Of a stretch of 64,000 nt of DNA, positions 62,301 through 64,000 are shown piece by piece (within the stretch, counting starts at the first letter, position 1; the number at the start of each line of letters is the position of its first letter). The notes below the pieces were generated by a model. It saw nothing but the letters and a program-made list of their open reading frames with translations, did not search any database and was not told the DNA's origin. A program made the position numbers and the translations under genes. The stretch lies in the NCBI GenBank assembly GCA_002633005.1, contig NMRA01000401.1, positions 269,827 through 333,826 on the forward strand, written 5' to 3'. The DNA comes from Phoronis australis (Eukaryota > Animalia > Phoronida).

Positions 62301-63903
62301 TCTGTCTTTATTCAATCAATTCAACATCAGCCAGACTAACAGTAAAGTCGTGTACATTCAAGGCATTTTCGATATCTCAGTGTGTAGCGAGTCCCCACCA
62401 TTCAAGGGTAATACTGCAAGAGTAATACCCATATGTAATTTTTTGTCCTTGTTTCAAAAAGCCGTCATAACCATGATCGTGTAGAACTTATGTGCGTTTT
62501 CTTGAAATATTTTTATTTTACTTAGGATCCGATAACGTACAAAACTGATGCTGAAAAAAGTGACATTGAATACCACGCAACACTGGTGCAAATTGGCTAC
62601 TTTATCTCTCATCCGGATCAAACTAATAAACTAATTAAACATCATCATTACAGTTCCCAGCACAGGGACAACCTTTCATGGGCCGAGATTTCAACATTTG
62701 TTGCATATCCCAAGGCACTCAAAACAAATGAGTGTGCAAATGTGTTGGTTTCAAAAAGAATTATTTTTTTCTTATTCATAGATATTATATGAAATTCGAA
62801 ATAACACAAAAGCTGGGAACAACACACTGCGCCATACGAAACTCCAGGAACACCGAATTGCTTCCTTAATGGTTCGCAGCAGCTGAAACCACAGTAGAAA
62901 GAGTGTGTGAGCTGGATCTGGTTCGTAGAGGAGAAGAGTATATGAAGGTGGATGACAAAACAGCAAACAGATTCACCAGGGTTGTCATTACTGTGGGCCG
63001 AGAGTGTTATGAGAGGGCGGCTTGTGCAGTTAACAAAGAAGTTCTCAAGTTGGTCTATGAAAATTGTCGTGAGGGAGATGCTGTGGTGTACACTGATGGA
63101 TCGGTTAAAAGAGGAGAAAGATCTGGATGGGGGTATGCAGTCAATGTGGATGGCAAAATAGTAGCAGAAAATGGTGAGGCATATGAGCTCACGACATCTA
63201 GTATGATGATGGAGGAGGTTGCTACTGAAAGGCACTTGCATGGCCACAGGAAAGCATTCATACTTGTACAGTTATTGTGACAGACTCTCAGAGCATGCTG
63301 AGAAAAATCAAAAAGGGAGTGGCTGCTGCATTTACAAAACAGTGGACTGAGAAAGCTGACTTGGATATTCTCCCCTGGGCATGCCGGGGTCGCCGGAAAT
63401 GAGAAAGCTGACAAGTTAGCAGGAAATGCACTAATAAAGGGCGCTCTCAAATTGGGAGAGAGTGAGATTCTCGGAGCACTTAGAGAGGTGGAGCCACAGG
63501 AGCATGGAGATGTAATTGTGACAGAATGCAGCTGTTTGGATATGAGAGAGGCTGGCGTGTTGATAGCCGGTTGCATGACCTGGCAAGACGACTGTGTAAT
63601 CAGCAGTTGGTTGGAGTGGTTAGTCAAAGAACCTTGTCTGACGTGATGACGTGGAAAGCCGAGCATCTATGGGTCTGCTCCGAGTGTGACGACGCTGGTT
63701 CTGCACCCAAGTAATACCCAAGTACTATTGGCGTCATTTACGTAAAACTGTAAAATTTGCGTACCCTCTTTCCCGTTTCATTCTCTTGACCAAAGCTATA
63801 GACACGGAATAGCCATCATTTGAACGACTGCATATCACAGGGCCACACGGACACACGGTGGAGCGACTGATTTCCTTGATTATATCTTCAAGCTTCGTGA
63901 GAT
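59246..63903 (-). CDS. MOLO-1-like TPM-domain cell-surface protein, 3' part (4 exons; 5' exons outside the window)
   Basis: Four exons with GT-AG introns and matching phases give ...LTKLEDIIKEISRSTVCPCGPVICSRSNDGYSVSIALVKRMKRERG|ADSSTKAKLQEARLFAEYLGRRSWNFSRCEDDVIILYSKDDSV|LYIATGQKTQLKLTDDIVHNIVLHHQREFPGNMFNGLKSVLEKIQ|GTLKGEW...GGRSGTVGLTGVSILFIISPLASLLFN*. The pattern CPC..C, A..FA..L...W....C...V.I..S..D...Y..TG....LTD is what I recognise as an animal TPM/MOLO-1 domain. Confidence 0.82.
59888..60021 (-). CDS. TPM/MOLO-1-like gene, internal exon
   Basis: Long polypyrimidine tract with ttgcag acceptor; CA|gtgagt donor; 134 nt, phase 0 to phase 2; LYIATG...KLTDD. Confidence 0.85.
60216..60423. 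repeat. Two perfect short tandem duplications (22 bp x2 at 60216-60259; 21 bp x2 at 60382-60423)
   Basis: Units GCATTTATAATGCGCATGTCAA and GTGACTACCAGGTGGGTGGAT. Confidence 0.9.
61422..61551 (-). CDS. TPM/MOLO-1-like gene, internal exon
   Basis: ttacag acceptor and GTG|gtaagg donor; 130 nt, phase 2 to phase 0; ARLFAEYLGRRSWNFSRCEDDVIILYSKDD. Confidence 0.85.
61992..62250. mobile_element. Copy of the TTAA-flanked family, inside a TPM-gene intron
   Basis: Aligns with 19884-20150. Confidence 0.6.
62800..63724 (+). mobile_element. 5'-truncated non-LTR retrotransposon with RNase HI domain (I/Ingi-group-like), frameshifted
   Basis: AVVYTDGSVKRGERSGWGY...TSSMMME, then in another frame VTDSQSML...LTWIFSPGHAGVAGNEKADKLA. 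A C-terminal CxxC (CSEC) precedes a stop at 63714, followed by a CCCAAGTA x2 tail. Antisense within a TPM-gene intron. Left boundary approximate. Confidence 0.85.
63765..63903 (-). CDS. TPM/MOLO-1-like gene, internal exon (CPC..C segment)
   Basis: cttgtag acceptor and AGG|gtacgc donor; 139 nt, phase 1 to phase 2. Confidence 0.8.
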
Positions 63904-64000
63904 CTACAAGCACACAATTGCACGATGAACAAAAAAAAACAGCAAACACAGTGACCATTACACCTTAACTTAAGGAGACATCTAACAAACATACGGTAAA

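Noticed and set aside
62648-63666. 199-aa and 203-aa minus-strand ORFs
   Set aside because: Antisense shadows of the retrotransposon RNase H coding region.
1-64000. Prokaryotic operons, CRISPR arrays or defence systems
   Set aside because: Spliceosomal introns, low coding density and animal transposons show this is animal DNA. No regularly spaced repeat-spacer array was seen.

Overview
This is eukaryotic animal DNA, not prokaryotic: AT-rich, mostly non-coding, with one 256-N assembly gap at 3631-3886. An invertebrate bilaterian, possibly a lophotrochozoan, is my inference. Two spliced genes can be reconstructed by hand, both on the - strand. (1) A complete 4-exon Hairy/Enhancer-of-split (Hes) gene, join(35591-35662, 35377-35472, 34921-35008, 33722-34437), encoding 323 aa with bHLH, Orange domain and C-terminal WRPW. 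It has clustered Su(H)/CSL sites at its promoter and a K-box (miR-2 seed match) in its 3' UTR. (2) The last four exons (63765-63903, 61422-61551, 59888-60021, 59246-59396) of a MOLO-1-like TPM-domain protein that ends in a GPI-signal-like tail. The ORF track shows only fragments of it, and its 5' end lies beyond the window. The remainder is an apparent gene desert around Hes. It contains several non-autonomous DNA-transposon families (three with CA..TG ends and 5-bp target duplications), a Penelope-like GIY-YIG remnant with a decayed hammerhead motif, an RNase H-bearing non-LTR retrotransposon fragment, and candidate cis-regulatory modules. All family assignments come from manual motif recognition; no database searches were run.
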